Source: Phallusia mammillata
Lineage: Eukaryota
DNA length: 64,000 bases
Reading direction: 5' to 3'
NCBI GenBank assembly: GCA_965637545.1
Contig: OZ281495.1
Span: 25,110,001 to 25,174,000, forward strand
Shown here: piece by piece, positions 37,101-49,700 of the stretch
How positions within the stretch are numbered: the first letter of the stretch is position 1
Layout: each line of letters starts with the position of its first letter
Position numbers and translations under genes: made by a program
Notes under the pieces: model-generated
Told to the model about the DNA's origin: nothing
What the model saw: only the letters and a program-made list of their open reading frames with translations
Databases searched by the model: none

Positions 37101-40100
37101 CACCGGAAGTAAAGTGATGGAAGTTTAAGTCCTTAACTTTTTGTGTTGATTGTTGCAACAGGGAAAATTTCGGAAGCAGATGTTGAGAAGTCACTTCAGT
37201 TGTATTTGGTCGGCAACGAACCTATTGCTGGGCTTATAATGGAAGGCACTGGAGAGAAGATTTCCATATTTGACGCTTATAAGATGGGTCTTATCAGACG
37301 AGGTAATTGCAAGGTCTACTTATGTCTGAACTCTGAAGCAATAAACTTATAATGAGAAAGTCCCACAGGTAGATTTTAATTGGTTAAAATATGATCGGTA
37401 TTCGATAATTTGCTTTCAGGTACTTCAATCAGCTTGTTGGAAGCACAAGCTGCAACAGGTCGCATTATCGACCCTAGAAATGCAAATCGAATGTCGGTAA
37501 AAGAAGCGTCGGAAAATAAAATCATTGACCGACAGTTTGAGGCAGTTCTAACAAGGTAACACATGTTACATTCATAGAGTAAACAAAAGAGTAAATAGAA
37601 AAAATACTTTAGCAGACAGACATGTGGCTAAATTACGTAAGCTACTTAGTGAACAAAATTCCATTAAACCTACTTTTTCTTAGAGCTGAACGGGCAGTGA
37701 TAGGATACAGGGCTCGAAGAGGAGACGAAATGTTGTCGTTGTTTCAAGCAATGAACAATGGTCAAGTGGTGGAAAACCACGGAATTAGGTTACTAGAGGC
37801 GCAAATAGCCACTGGTGGTGAGTTTTTTGCGTTACAAAAGTGTATGTTGCTGGTGACAAAACCCATACAAACATGTTTTGTTTTTCAGGAATCGTTGATC
37901 CAAAGGCCAACCATCGTCTACCGGTGGAGGTCGCCTTTGAGCGTGGTCTTTTCGATGAAAGGCTGCATAATATTCTGGAAGATCCATCGGATGATACAAG
38001 AGGATTCTTTGACCCCAACACAGGGGAAAATCTTACTTATCAAGAACTGATGGAAAGGTTATTACCAAGAGTGTTACAGTGACTTTACAAACTTTTAAAA
38101 ATTCCAAAATTGTTTTTGACCAGACATTTTCTAACTTTGATAAAAGTGCTGTTACCAAAAATGATTACTTGAAACCTTGCATTCAGATGCATTATCGATG
38201 AAGATACAGGGCTGAGGTTGCTTCCGTTTAAGGCGAAACCCGCTGAAAAAGTTGCCGAACCATCTGAGGAAGTTGTTACAACGAGTGAGGCCCAAGTTGT
38301 ACAACAAGGTGATTTTCGATTTACTTTATGCTTTGGGAAATCTTTGTGCATTTACCATTTTTGCTGGACGTGAAAAAATGGTGTGTTACTCAATTTTTAT
38401 TTTTTTTAAAAAGAACCTAGAAGGACATCATCAGATTCGGATAAGGACAAACGCTATGTATCAGAGGTAATCTTCATGTTTTGTTTCATTGTTCATAAAT
38501 AATTCAAAGATTGTTCCCTATGTTGTGCTTGTCTATTGTTAAACAAATCATCCCCAAAGCCTTTTGTACAATAATCGACATAATTTAAAATAGATTTATA
38601 AAAACTTGTGTTGACTAATATGACATTACCTTTTAGATTTCACAAGATATCAAAAAAGAACAAGAATTGTCAACTACCGTAGTAACCACTGAAGAGATGA
38701 TTGTAACAACTACTAGCCAAGAAAAGCGAAGGTTTGTGTCGATAAAACGTGTCATAGCAAAAGAATGTGTTCGTAATTTAATATTCTTGCAGAAAATCGA
38801 GGAGAGACATTCACTTTATGTCGGGTTGGAATAGGCAAGTTACATTGGAAGATCTATACCAAGCTGGTGTAGTCACTGAGTCCACGATCGAAAAACTTGA
38901 AGGAGGTAAAGTCACAAATTCAAACTGACCACACAAACTTGTCATATATTGAAAGGCAAGCAATTTTTCGAACAGGTGAAATTGAACAGTCTGAGGTCGA
39001 AAAATCATTGGAACAATACTTGGTGGGAGCCGAACCTATTGCTGGGCTGCTTATGTCCGATACAGGAGATAAGATTTCCATTTATGATGCTTGGAAACAG
39101 GGACTTATTAGAAGAGGTGGATAGCCCTATTGAGTCTTTTTTTATATTTACAAACTACAAAATGCTTTCTACTTAACTGAATAGCTGTATAATTCTTTTA
39201 TAGTATCGACAAAATGTAACTATTTTAACAGGAACATCCATCAGTTTACTTGAAGCACAAGCAGCCACTGGTCGCATTATTGATCCTAAGACCGCTAATA
39301 GAATGTCTGTTCATGATGCATCCGAAAGTGGAGTAATTGACAGGCAGTTTGAGGCTGTGTTGACCAGGTATGTACTACAGGCAACTTGTTACCTTGGTCG
39401 GTGGTTAACAACAATTGCTGTGTTTCATTTTGCAGAGCTGAGCGGGCTGTGATTGGATACAGAGCACGCGGTGGAAACGAAACTCTGTCTTTATTCGAGG
39501 CGATGAATCGTGGACTGGTAGTCGAAAATCATGGAATTAGATTACTAGAAGCACAGATAGCTACTGGAGGTACGAATAAAATTACTAAAGCTATCCAAGT
39601 ATAATTTTGGCACCGTTATGTCACTATTTTTTTCATTTTGATGTCTAGGAATTGTGGATCCAAAAGCGAATCACCGTTTGCCGGTAGAGGTCGCCTTTGA
39701 GCGAGGTTTGTTTGACGAGAGGCTGCATGAGATTCTTGAGGATCCGTCGGACGATACAAGAGGATTCTTCGACCCGAACACAGAAGAAAATCTTACCTAT
39801 CTTGAACTAATGGAAAGGTGATCCACTTTGTAACGTCCTTAACGTTAGCTAAGGGCATAAAAATAGACTGACCATTTGTTTTACATAAAAAGTGTGACTG
39901 GTAAGCTGGCCTGTAATGGAGGCCCGAAACCCGGATCGAACATAAAAAATTGGATGAAAAAGTGTTAAGTATTAAATTTACCAGGTTGAAGTTACAACAT
40001 CAATGTGGCTTAGTGTAAAATCACGTCCAAATCAAGCCTTAGCCCGACCTGAAAAGCTGTGGTCCAATTTACAACTTCGATTAAAACACTACAGGCCATT

Positions 40101-43100
40101 AGAAATTAAAAGTTAAATGCACTGATTTTGTGTTATGTGATTTTTGTTACTACTGTGACAGTGACACAAGGTCTTAAATTGCTTTGCAGGTGTGTGATTG
40201 ACCAGGACACAGGCTTAAGGTTGCTCCCATTCCGAGTCAAAACTGCTGAAAAAGTTACAAAAGCTTCTGAAGAAGTTGTTACGACAAGTGCTGCTCATGT
40301 TGTGCAACAAGGTAAGATTGTGGCTTCGGACATGCAATTTCAAGTGATACTGGCAGGCAAACATCATCGTGTTTAAGCAGTACATAAACATGGGATGAAA
40401 TGTAAATGATTTTTTTATTATAGAGCCACGGACTAGAACTTCATCTTCGTCTTCATCATCTTCTGACGAAGGAAAAATGGTCGTGTCAGAGGTCAGTGCA
40501 ATAAACAAGTTTTACTTCAACGTTTGGAGGATCTAATAATACTTCGTCTGACAAAAGCGTTTTTTTTGTGAGCATTGCTGTCTAGAACAAAGTAACAAAA
40601 TCTGTACAAACTTTGATACTCCATGAGTCAAACAAAATTGAAATTGAAACGCCTATATTGCTATACCTTTGTTCCAAAAGTTTTATATCTTGCCTCAGAT
40701 GTACAACATGAATCCAACTTAAGATTAATACGTATTGTATTCAATCACGATGTAGATTTCGGAAGAGACCAAGAAAGAACAGGATTCATCGACAACTACT
40801 GTCACCATGGAAGAAGTGATTGTTACCACAACAACACACGAAAAACGAAGGTTGTTTCTGAGACAATTTCGTCAAACATTTTGGTACCATTTCTTTTAAC
40901 TATTGTGTATTACAGGAAATCGCGGAAAGATATCAAGTTTTTGTCAGGTTGGAAGAGGCAAGTGACCATAGATGACCTCCTCAAAGCTGGTGTCGTCACT
41001 GAATCAACAATCGAAAAACTGGAAGAAGGTAGGTTTCGGGTCAAAAGTCAAAAAACATTCTTTGTTGAAACAAATCTTATGCACCACATTTTATAGGTGA
41101 AATTGAACAGTCAGTGGTTGAGAAATCGTTGGAACAATACTTGGTTGGAGCTGAACCGATTGCTGGACTGCTTATGTCCGATACTGGGGACAAAATTTCA
41201 ATTTATGATGCCTGGAAACAAGGATTGATTAGAAGAGGTTAATAGACCAAATCTCTAATCATTATTAGAATTTTTACGGTATCGGATAAAAATGAAAATG
41301 TCGTGAACCTTTTTTGCCTTTATGAAACTACCTTCACAGAACATTTTGTCCAGCTTTATGTACCACGTAAAATACCTTTATTTTTTTGTTTATACAGGAA
41401 CCTCGATTAGTTTGCTGGAAGCACAAGCTGCGACCGGTCGTATAATTGACCCACAAACGGCTGAGAGAATGTCAGTCGAGGAAGCTTCGCAAAAACGCGT
41501 TATCGACCGACAGTTTGAGGCTGTACTGACCCGGTAAGTTTCGCCCGTAAACGACATGAGTCAATATTTTTTCTCAAAGACAAGTTTGGTTGCAGGGCTG
41601 AGAGGGCTGTGTACGGATATAAGACTCGTTTGAGTAAGGAACCTCTGTCACTGTTTGCTGCGATGAAACGAGGATTGGTAGTTGAAAATCATGGAATACG
41701 ACTCCTTGAAGCTCAGATTGCTACTGGAGGTATAGTGTTACAGTTCAGCTGGGGCGAGGAAAGCCTTTTCTGATTGAATAATAAACTATTACTAATGATA
41801 TATACCGACGGCGTTAAACACCCTTTCCAACGATCGTTGTGCAGTTTCAGCAACATATTTTGCATTTTCAAATCTGTTTTTCGTATTCCAATATCGGGAA
41901 CTTCTGTGCGGTGCAACGTCACTAAATGTGTTTTACAGTTGACTGAGATCATAAATTTGATTTTTTTGAAAACGTTGCCAATAAATCTTTGTCCCTTTCA
42001 TGTAGGAATTATTGATCCTAACGCCAACCATCGTCTGCCGGTAGAGGTCGCCTTTGAGCGGGGTCTGTTTGATGAAAGGTTGCATAATGTTCTGGAAGAT
42101 CCTTCAGACGACACGAGAGGATTCTTTGACCCGAACACAGAGGAAAATCTGACCTATCTCGAATTGATGGAAAGGTAGTGCACTAAACTTTTAACCTCAA
42201 AAACAGTTTTGGTGGTTGATTTATAATTGTGTCGAGATATGTTGCTATTGTATGCATATATTTAACCATTAATTTGTTTGTTTGTTTTCAGATGTGTGGT
42301 GGACAAGGACACCGGGTTAAGGCTGTTACCCTTCCGTGTAACACGCTCAAGGGCAGCATTGAAACATTCAAAGGTAACGTATTATGTTTCTTCTTTCCAC
42401 ACTAACACAGCCTACTCTTAATAAAATACTACCTCAACTTTAAAATTTCACACAGGTGGTCTTTGAATCAGCCACAAAGCGTCAGGTGCTGCTTGCTGAT
42501 CTTCTCGCAGCCGATCTTCTGGATAGCAACACTGCTCAGAAGTATGACGAGGGGCTGATGACAACTGATGAGGTGATAGACATGGTCGCCCATCTTAAAG
42601 TTTACGTGGATGGGACGATGCCTATTGCTGGTATCATAAGCTCGACTACAGGTATTGTTTACGTTTTGTTCAAAAGGTTTGCAATGCAAATTCAAGCTGA
42701 TTGTTCCGGTCATAGAGTATAAAAGTTAATTATCCACGCTGTAAACAAACTAGATTAGACCTAAGAAATTATGATTCGTAGCCGGTAGTAAACAACACCC
42801 TCTAAGTACTTTTGCCTGCATTAAACCTTGGTGGTTGCACAGTATGGAGGCCTAATGGCCAATATTTGTAAGGCTCGTAAAGACATACAATTAACAATAT
42901 CGAATGTTTGCATTAAATGTCTAGGTGAAAAGATGAGCATTGTTGAAGCAAGTCGCGCTGGTCTCATTCGCAAAGGCACCGCGTTCGAACTTCTTGAAGC
43001 ACAGGCGGCTTGTGGAAAGATCATGGATGTACAGTCAGGCAAATCGGTCTCCCTGGAAACCGCGATACGCATAGGCGTGATTGACAGGTAAAATACGTCA

Positions 43101-46100
43101 ATTTTCGCACTTTTATACTTATTCAAAATCCTCTATTATTTTGGCAGTGAATTTGAAGACGTTGTGTCACGTGCTCATCGAGCCGTAACCGGGTACCGAG
43201 AACCTTTCAAGCGTGAAGTGTTGTCTCTATGTGACGCTATGGCGCGACATCTTGTGGTGGAAAGACATGCAATTAGGTTTGTCACATTTAATTGACAAAT
43301 ATGCCAAAACTGATCTTCAACAATGTCAATCCTTTTGATTTTCGTCAGACTGTTGGAGGCACAAATCGCCACTGGAGGCATAGTCGACATCAAGAGTCCT
43401 GTTCGCATTAGCGTCCAGGTGGCGCTAAAGAGAGGTATGATTGATTCCGGTCTGGCAAAGAAAATGGAGAAACGCGAAACAACGAGCTATTTTGATCCCA
43501 TGACTGGAGAGAATCTGAACTATTCGGAACTGATGGGAAGGTATTCCTAAATATTCTCTGTAAAGCTTATGAGCAGACTAACCTGTGTTTTGCCTCAAAT
43601 CACAGTTGCATTCAATGGTTGTGCACTACCTTGTTGTATAACGTTTTATCACTTGCGAAATAGATGTGTTCTGGACAAGGACACCAATCTACTGTTCTTA
43701 ATGACCGAAGGAGGAACCGTAACGCAGAACGTGCGACCATTCGAACCAGAACCTGATACGAAGAAGATTCGGGAAAAGGCACAAGCCAAGCTCACTACAG
43801 AGGTTTGGATACTCATGTAGCCAAGCAGGAGTTTTTTGTGAGCAACAATCAACTAAAAGTAAACGATCATTTTAGGTGGTAGAAACAAAGAAGAGAAAGA
43901 AGCGAAGGTCAAGAAAGGGAGAGCCGCCAGCAGGTTAGTTAGTTGGGCAATGAAATATGGATTTTTTTACAGATAAATTACAGATTATCTTTTATTTGAT
44001 TTTTGTCTCAATTACGTTATTCAGTACGCCTTTGGCAACAGTTTATGTATCCTTGTACATATTTGATACTTTATTTGGGCGATGAGTATGGTTTTTAAAT
44101 GATTTTAAATGAAGTTTTTTGTGATTTTTATCGCAATCACGTTGTTGAGCTTATGTGTAGTACTCCTGGTGGCAACAGTTTATGCATCCTTGTACATATT
44201 TGATACTTTATTTGGGCGATGAGTATGGTTTTTAAATGATTTTAAATGAAGTTTTTTGTGATTTTTATCGCAATCACGTTGTTGAGCTTATGTGTAGTAC
44301 TCCTGGTGGCAACAGTTTATGTATCTTTGTACATATTTGACACTTTATTTTGTGGGTTGGTTTTTCCAGCATTAGCAGTGGCTTCCACATCCTCGACTTC
44401 TCCTCCTCCAACGGCGATCCCGAGTAGTCCTCCAGCGATCCTCAGCCGGAGGGTGGTGATCGTGGATCCGAACACGGGCAACGAGATGACAGTGCAGGAA
44501 GCTCTCAAGTTCAAGCTCATTGACGAGGAAACTGCCAAGCAGCTGATCGCACAGGAGGGCGACTTCGAGGAAGAGAGTTAGTTGCATTACGTGACCGCCT
44601 GTTACAGTTCATGCTTGATTAGATTTGTATTCCACGCTTGTAGTATTTCTTGCCTTTGTTTGTAAAGACTTTTGCTTCTTTGTGCACACTGCATGCTTCA
44701 CTTTTCATGTACCCCCGCTTTTCAACCTGACAGTTCCTGTTCGCGTAGAATTGACAACTTCTTTTGTAATTGTTATTTGACTGACACGCTGCACTTTTCT
44801 TGTACGCTATTCATCGTGTATTCGTGCCCCGTAGAGAAACTCACAAATAACAAACGCATATGACGAAGAAATACTTTGTTGTAAGACGATAAATAGCCAG
44901 TAAATCAATTGCGAGAATTCTTGCTGTTAATTTAATGACAAAAACTCAAGGAATGTCAACGAGAAAAAGCATCACTGCGTATTACAAGTCTGATGAAGTG
45001 GTGTTTGTATGTAGTTGTACATATCCCAAACTGCCTTTACAGTTAAACAGATATTCAACTGGAAAAGTTGGCACGTCGTTACGATTCAATACACACTAAT
45101 AGTCGTAGTTTGGTTCAACGGTGCATGGCGGATAATTGGGCAACACATTTTCACTTTGAAAAAGGTCTTGGCACTGCACTTTTAAAGTCTGTAGGAACCA
45201 CGAGAATTCGAAACAATCACATTTGAGCACAAATGGTAAGAAATGAGCCTATTTATGCACTGTCAATATATTCTTCAGTGCCAAGTGTACGTGACTAATT
45301 TTGACTGTTCATGGGGAATTTCTCAGAGGACTGGGCGGCGTTTGAACTTTACCAAACTGGATTGACCTTTGATAAAGTCGTACGTAGGCAGTCAGGCGAA
45401 TCCTCTATATCAGACACAGTGATTCGCGTTCTACTACGACAAAGGTGCGTGTTATTTATAAATTTGTTCAACATGTGAAGGTGTGGATTGAGGATAGATA
45501 TCAATTTCCGTTGATTTTCATTTCTGGCGCCAACTCTATCAAACATTATGGAAAATTTAAGCACTTCTCCCGGCTTTCCACACATATTGCATCTATTTTT
45601 ATAATGCCAAGCCTGGTAGGACTATACGTACCAAATTTTAACTGCACGAAAAACACCAACTTAACTTGTCTTTTATATGAGGTGTAATAAACTTTGTGAA
45701 TGATTCAGAGCAAAAAAAGTCTCCGATTATGTACAACGATAGGGTGTACATTTTTCAGTGATAATAAAGAGCAGTTTATGGGAAACGGACTGGAAGTTGG
45801 GACTTATTGTTCAAGGAGAATGGAGAGGTGAACTTTTCAAAAGTTTTTTTTAGAACCAAAATCAAAGGCTGGTTACTATTTCTATTTATTAGCTGCGTCA
45901 TCGACAATGGTTCTCAGCAGATGATGGTTCAATGGGAATCAGAAAAGGACGGCCTTGTAGGTGTACAGCATAGTTCCACAACGGTATTGGAAACAACTAA
46001 AGTTCATCATGTCACCTCCAAGGTAGCTTTCTTCCACTTTTCTGCCATATTCGACACAACAAATTACGCCCCTTTAAACTTCACATTTTAATGTCAACAG

Positions 46101-46343
46101 ATTGTAAAAACCACTACCATAACGGAGGTCGAAAGTGCAACGGATACGTCTGAAGGTATACGCAGTATAACTTGCAGTTGTAATTTATGTTATTTCATTA
46201 TTTGATTTTTAGTGATTGTTCAATCTTTTTCTGCTATTTTTCTTCCTCCAGATAACCTAAGTGACTCGACGGACACAGAAATGAAGATTGTTCTCACCAA
46301 AAACATTATCGTCGTACGCGATGACGAAAGCAATGAGTACTAA
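31062..46343 (+). CDS. Gene A: membrane-anchored plakin-repeat (plectin/epiplakin-like) protein, about 41 exons, about 2,007 aa: N-terminal TM anchor, Ser/Glu/Pro-rich disordered region, 4 B-type PRDs, IF-binding linker, Thr/Ser-rich tail
   Basis: Phase-consistent GT-AG chain: 31062-31161, 32296-32384, 33039-33087, 34589-34680, 35008-36220, 36280-36360, 36440-36498, 36613-36758, PRD1 module 36914-38731, PRD2 module 38793-40850, PRD3 40916-42373, PRD4 42456-43802, 43876-43933, 44370-44576, (45327-45444 tentative), 45893-46022, 46101-46155, 46252-46343 (6024 nt). PRD motifs [51 protein letters not shown]; linker [22 protein letters not shown] identity is secure; attachment of the 5' TM exons is inferred from splice phase. 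Confidence 0.8.
31641..31692 (+). ncRNA. Type I hammerhead ribozyme motif, sense strand of gene A intron 1
   Basis: Stem I AGCTGCA(31641-47)/TGCAGCT(31686-92); core CTGATGA 31648-54; stem II GACC-ttgta-GGTC; GAAA 31668-71; stem III ACAGT-gtgc-ACTGT; GTC cleavage triplet ending at C31685. All core nucleotides present. Sits at the end of an about 110-bp repeat unit (31587-31696). Confidence 0.82.
36914..42373 (+). repeat. Triplicated multi-exon PRD module within gene A
   Basis: Modules start at 36914, 38793 and 40916. The first five exons are identical in size in all three (113, 141, 136, 134, 169 nt); modules 1 and 2 continue with 122, 53/68 and 95 nt, module 3 ends in an 82-nt exon. Protein sequence is highly similar; introns show no obvious similarity by eye. 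Confidence 0.9.
44034..44350 (+). repeat. 137-bp intronic tandem repeat, about 2.3 copies
   Basis: GGCAACAGTTTATG recurs at 44034, 44171 and 44308. Confidence 0.92.
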
Positions 46344-46491
46344 TTGTTCGTGCAGAATGAAGTCACATAATTTAATTTCCCGTCATGTATACCTTGATTT
46401 TTGTGAACTATTGACTTTTGTACAGTTTTATTGCATGATTAGGTTTAGTGTAGAGTTGGTGTTAGCAATGTTGAGTTCGTAGTGTTCTTCA

Positions 46492-46497
46492 AATAAA
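46492..46497 (+). terminator. Probable polyadenylation signal of gene A
   Basis: AATAAA about 150 nt after the TAA at 46341-46343. Confidence 0.45.
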
Positions 46498-46796
46498 TGT
46501 ACTGCGCACAAGACATTGGGTGTTCAATTGTAACTGAAGCTTTAACACAGTCAGTGTGATATATTATAACGACTCGTCAAGCAAACTTAAGCTTCAAATA
46601 CACTACAAAGACCACTAATATACGGTTGTAGTGAACTGAGTCATGTTTTGGGTGCGCCACTTGTGCGTCACCCTCAAGTCTGAGCACACGAAGAAAGCAC
46701 CAGCATGGTCTGTTCATTCTCCATCCGCCAAGCCAGATGAGGAATTACTGCGCAATTTTGCACGGTCCTGTGCCTATTTACAGCTGAGACAGCAGG

Positions 46797-49700
46797 ATGA
46801 GATGGCCGCAAGATTTGGTGTTATTGCTTCAAGTGGGAATCGTAAACGCTTTAAGACCGACAGAAATTATTGTGATTAACGTATTCGGAAGTTTGGGTGG
46901 TATTTCACTAATTCTGATCGTAGCTCTTGTATGCAGCTATACGATTCAAAGTAAGTGTTTTTGTTTTTAAAGTTGTATCTGTATAACATCAAATTGTATC
47001 TTGTGAATAATCAAACGTTAGTGTTCCAAAACAAAAACAAATGAAAAAATTATTCATATCTTTTTAAAAAGGGTTATTTGTAAAACATTTTAAGTCCGGT
47101 GTTTTAATACGATCGGTTTAAAAAGATTTTAAAATTACTTCGTGTATTGTATTTCGGAGGAGAGAAACTTGTCAAAAGCTGAACCATTTTAGATTAGTAG
47201 TTACCTACTCACCAACCCTAGACCGCACCTTGGGGCTTTCACATTCGACAAAGCGTGGTATCATTCTATTAAAAGATAAGTTTGCGACAACTTTTGTGTA
47301 GTAGCTTGACAACCCTGTCACATTATTAAACCAATCCTGTAGCAACTATGCGATACAAAAGCACTTTACCGTCAAATTACGCAACAAAAACGGTTGTCTA
47401 AAATTGTGCAAATTTTATTTTGTCGTTTACAGAATGTAAAGATGGGCGTAGACGTGGTGAAAACGCTTTAACAGAGGTGGTTTCGGACGGCCGAAGACCA
47501 TACACTAGCACGGTATGTTTGTGTTGTTGGTCTGTGTACCTTCACGAGGGTTTGTTTTTGACAGCTGGTTTTCTCAGTCTAACCCACTCACAAAAGTTTC
47601 GTCATAGACATTCGTGCTTCATATTAAAGCTGCCTTGCAGTTCGTGTATTATCTGCGGAAAGTACCGGGGATAAATCTGAAAACCTTACAGATTCTTGTA
47701 CATACGTCATTTGCAGTTTACATGTGATTTTCAACTTTAAATTAAAATATAAACTTGGGCACATATTGGTAAAACGTTTTTGGCAGTGCACTCTGTTTCA
47801 ACCTATAAGGTCTTATCAGTGCAGCTAGTGACGCGAGATCGGCCGTATTGGCTAGCGTAAACTACCAAGACCCAACTGGAGTGCCATTGGATTGCCTCAC
47901 TAGCCAATACGTCCGATCTTCCGTCATCAGCTGCATTGATAAGACCTTACAGGTCAAAATGCAGCTTATCTTGGTGTTTTTACGTTTTGGCATACTTTGC
48001 ACAAAACTAATGCAGCCAATTTCGATTTGATGTATAATTTAATATTTCATTGCCATACAACACAAGCTTTCTAAATAGCTCTAGGTTTTCACTGAGTATT
48101 GTTTACCTGTTGTGTGAAACATAAACAAAATACTTTTCAAAGCTAAAGAATGTCGGTGCTGGGGAGGAAACATCTCTGGCGACCGTGTCATCACTTTCCG
48201 AAGATGCTGCAAATTCGAAATTACAACAAGAAAACGCTCCAAACCACCAACCAGTTTCGAAATCTCACGAATCGTCGCGCAGTCAAACCCCTGACATTGC
48301 TGACAACTATTCAAAAGATGATACACTGGTTTTTGAAGAGGAAAATACCAGCGAGGTACAACAAAATCTGAGTGAATGTATTTTGTACTACAAAAGTTGA
48401 CCACATTCCAAAATCAATCCAAATCACTATTGATGCCCCCAGTAACATTTTTGCGCGTTGTAAAAATCACGATAAAAACTGAGTAAAGGTTTCTGTACTG
48501 TATGTCCCCCTCAATTTGGCCACACTTCAAACAATCCTAATCACTCTCGGTGCCACAAGTGGAATTTTTCTGCTTTTTTCGTAATGAACATCTTTGCTCA
48601 TTTTTTTGAATGTTTTTCTAAACATTTATCTACAGCACACTTTACTTTTTTGTTCTGATTAAAACATGTCAACATTCAAATTAATGCAACATCACTTTAG
48701 TGTACGTGTAAATTGAAAAGTTAAATATTTGAAAGAACAAAAACAATCTAATTAGTTTGCTCGTTTATCTTTAAAAACTATCCAATCTAAAACAATGTTA
48801 ACATCCCATATAAAACACGTTTACAAGTGACTAAACTGGTGTACTGTAATTGTTTGCAGGGAACGGAGAATGGTAAATGTAATCACTACGAGAGACCCGA
48901 TGATACATTGCTAGAGAAAGAGCACGTGCAAAATGAACGAGTACAAAATAATGAGCAGCAGATACTCTCTGTGTCTCCGCTTTTCAGCAGCGATGTTACC
49001 AACTTGCAACTTGAACACGAAAAAGCGCTGCAAACAGCTCCCCAATCCAATGGTACACCGCCTAAAGCCCGAAACAACCTTCACCACTCTGCGGATCTTA
49101 ACTTAAACCTAGTCGACAGTGATACAGACTCTAGTGATGAGGAAGATTTTACACAGAACATACCCCAAGAGGTACCTAATTTTTTTAAGATAATTTCTTG
49201 CGGTGTAGCTGCAGCGCGTCATAAAGTCATGATCAACCAATTATGCCATCTAGTATTTTGCGCTCTATAACTTTCAACGTTGCGCAACTTTCCGGCTAGG
49301 TGATTGTTCCGTGCCATTGTGACGCTATATGTGCTTTCACCAAGCAAAATAAACTCAACTCAACTCAATTCAACAACTAGAAATACATAGCATGATAGCA
49401 CACCTTTACAATGTTATACTGGGTGTATAATTAATTTTAGTTTTAGCATGCTGGTCCAGTAAAAAACGCCCGCTAAAAACAGTAACACTTCGTGAAAGTG
49501 ACGAAAAATAGTTTTTAACTCTTTTGCGCCGAACGGTGACGACTATTTTAAATCTACATTTATTCTAATTGCAGACCAATAACCTACAACAGCTACAAGA
49601 TTCCTTGGTATTGGAAAATCTGCACTATAAAGATCCCGAGGTTGGTTGTTTAAAACACGATTTTGTCTCTTATCTAAATCCTGTTTGCAAGGATAACATT

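Noticed and set aside
45051-45235. Two further candidate exons of gene A (about 45051-45120 and 45195-45235)
   Set aside because: Phase-compatible but one donor is weak (gtgcat) and homology is unclear; the model closes without them, so they were left out.
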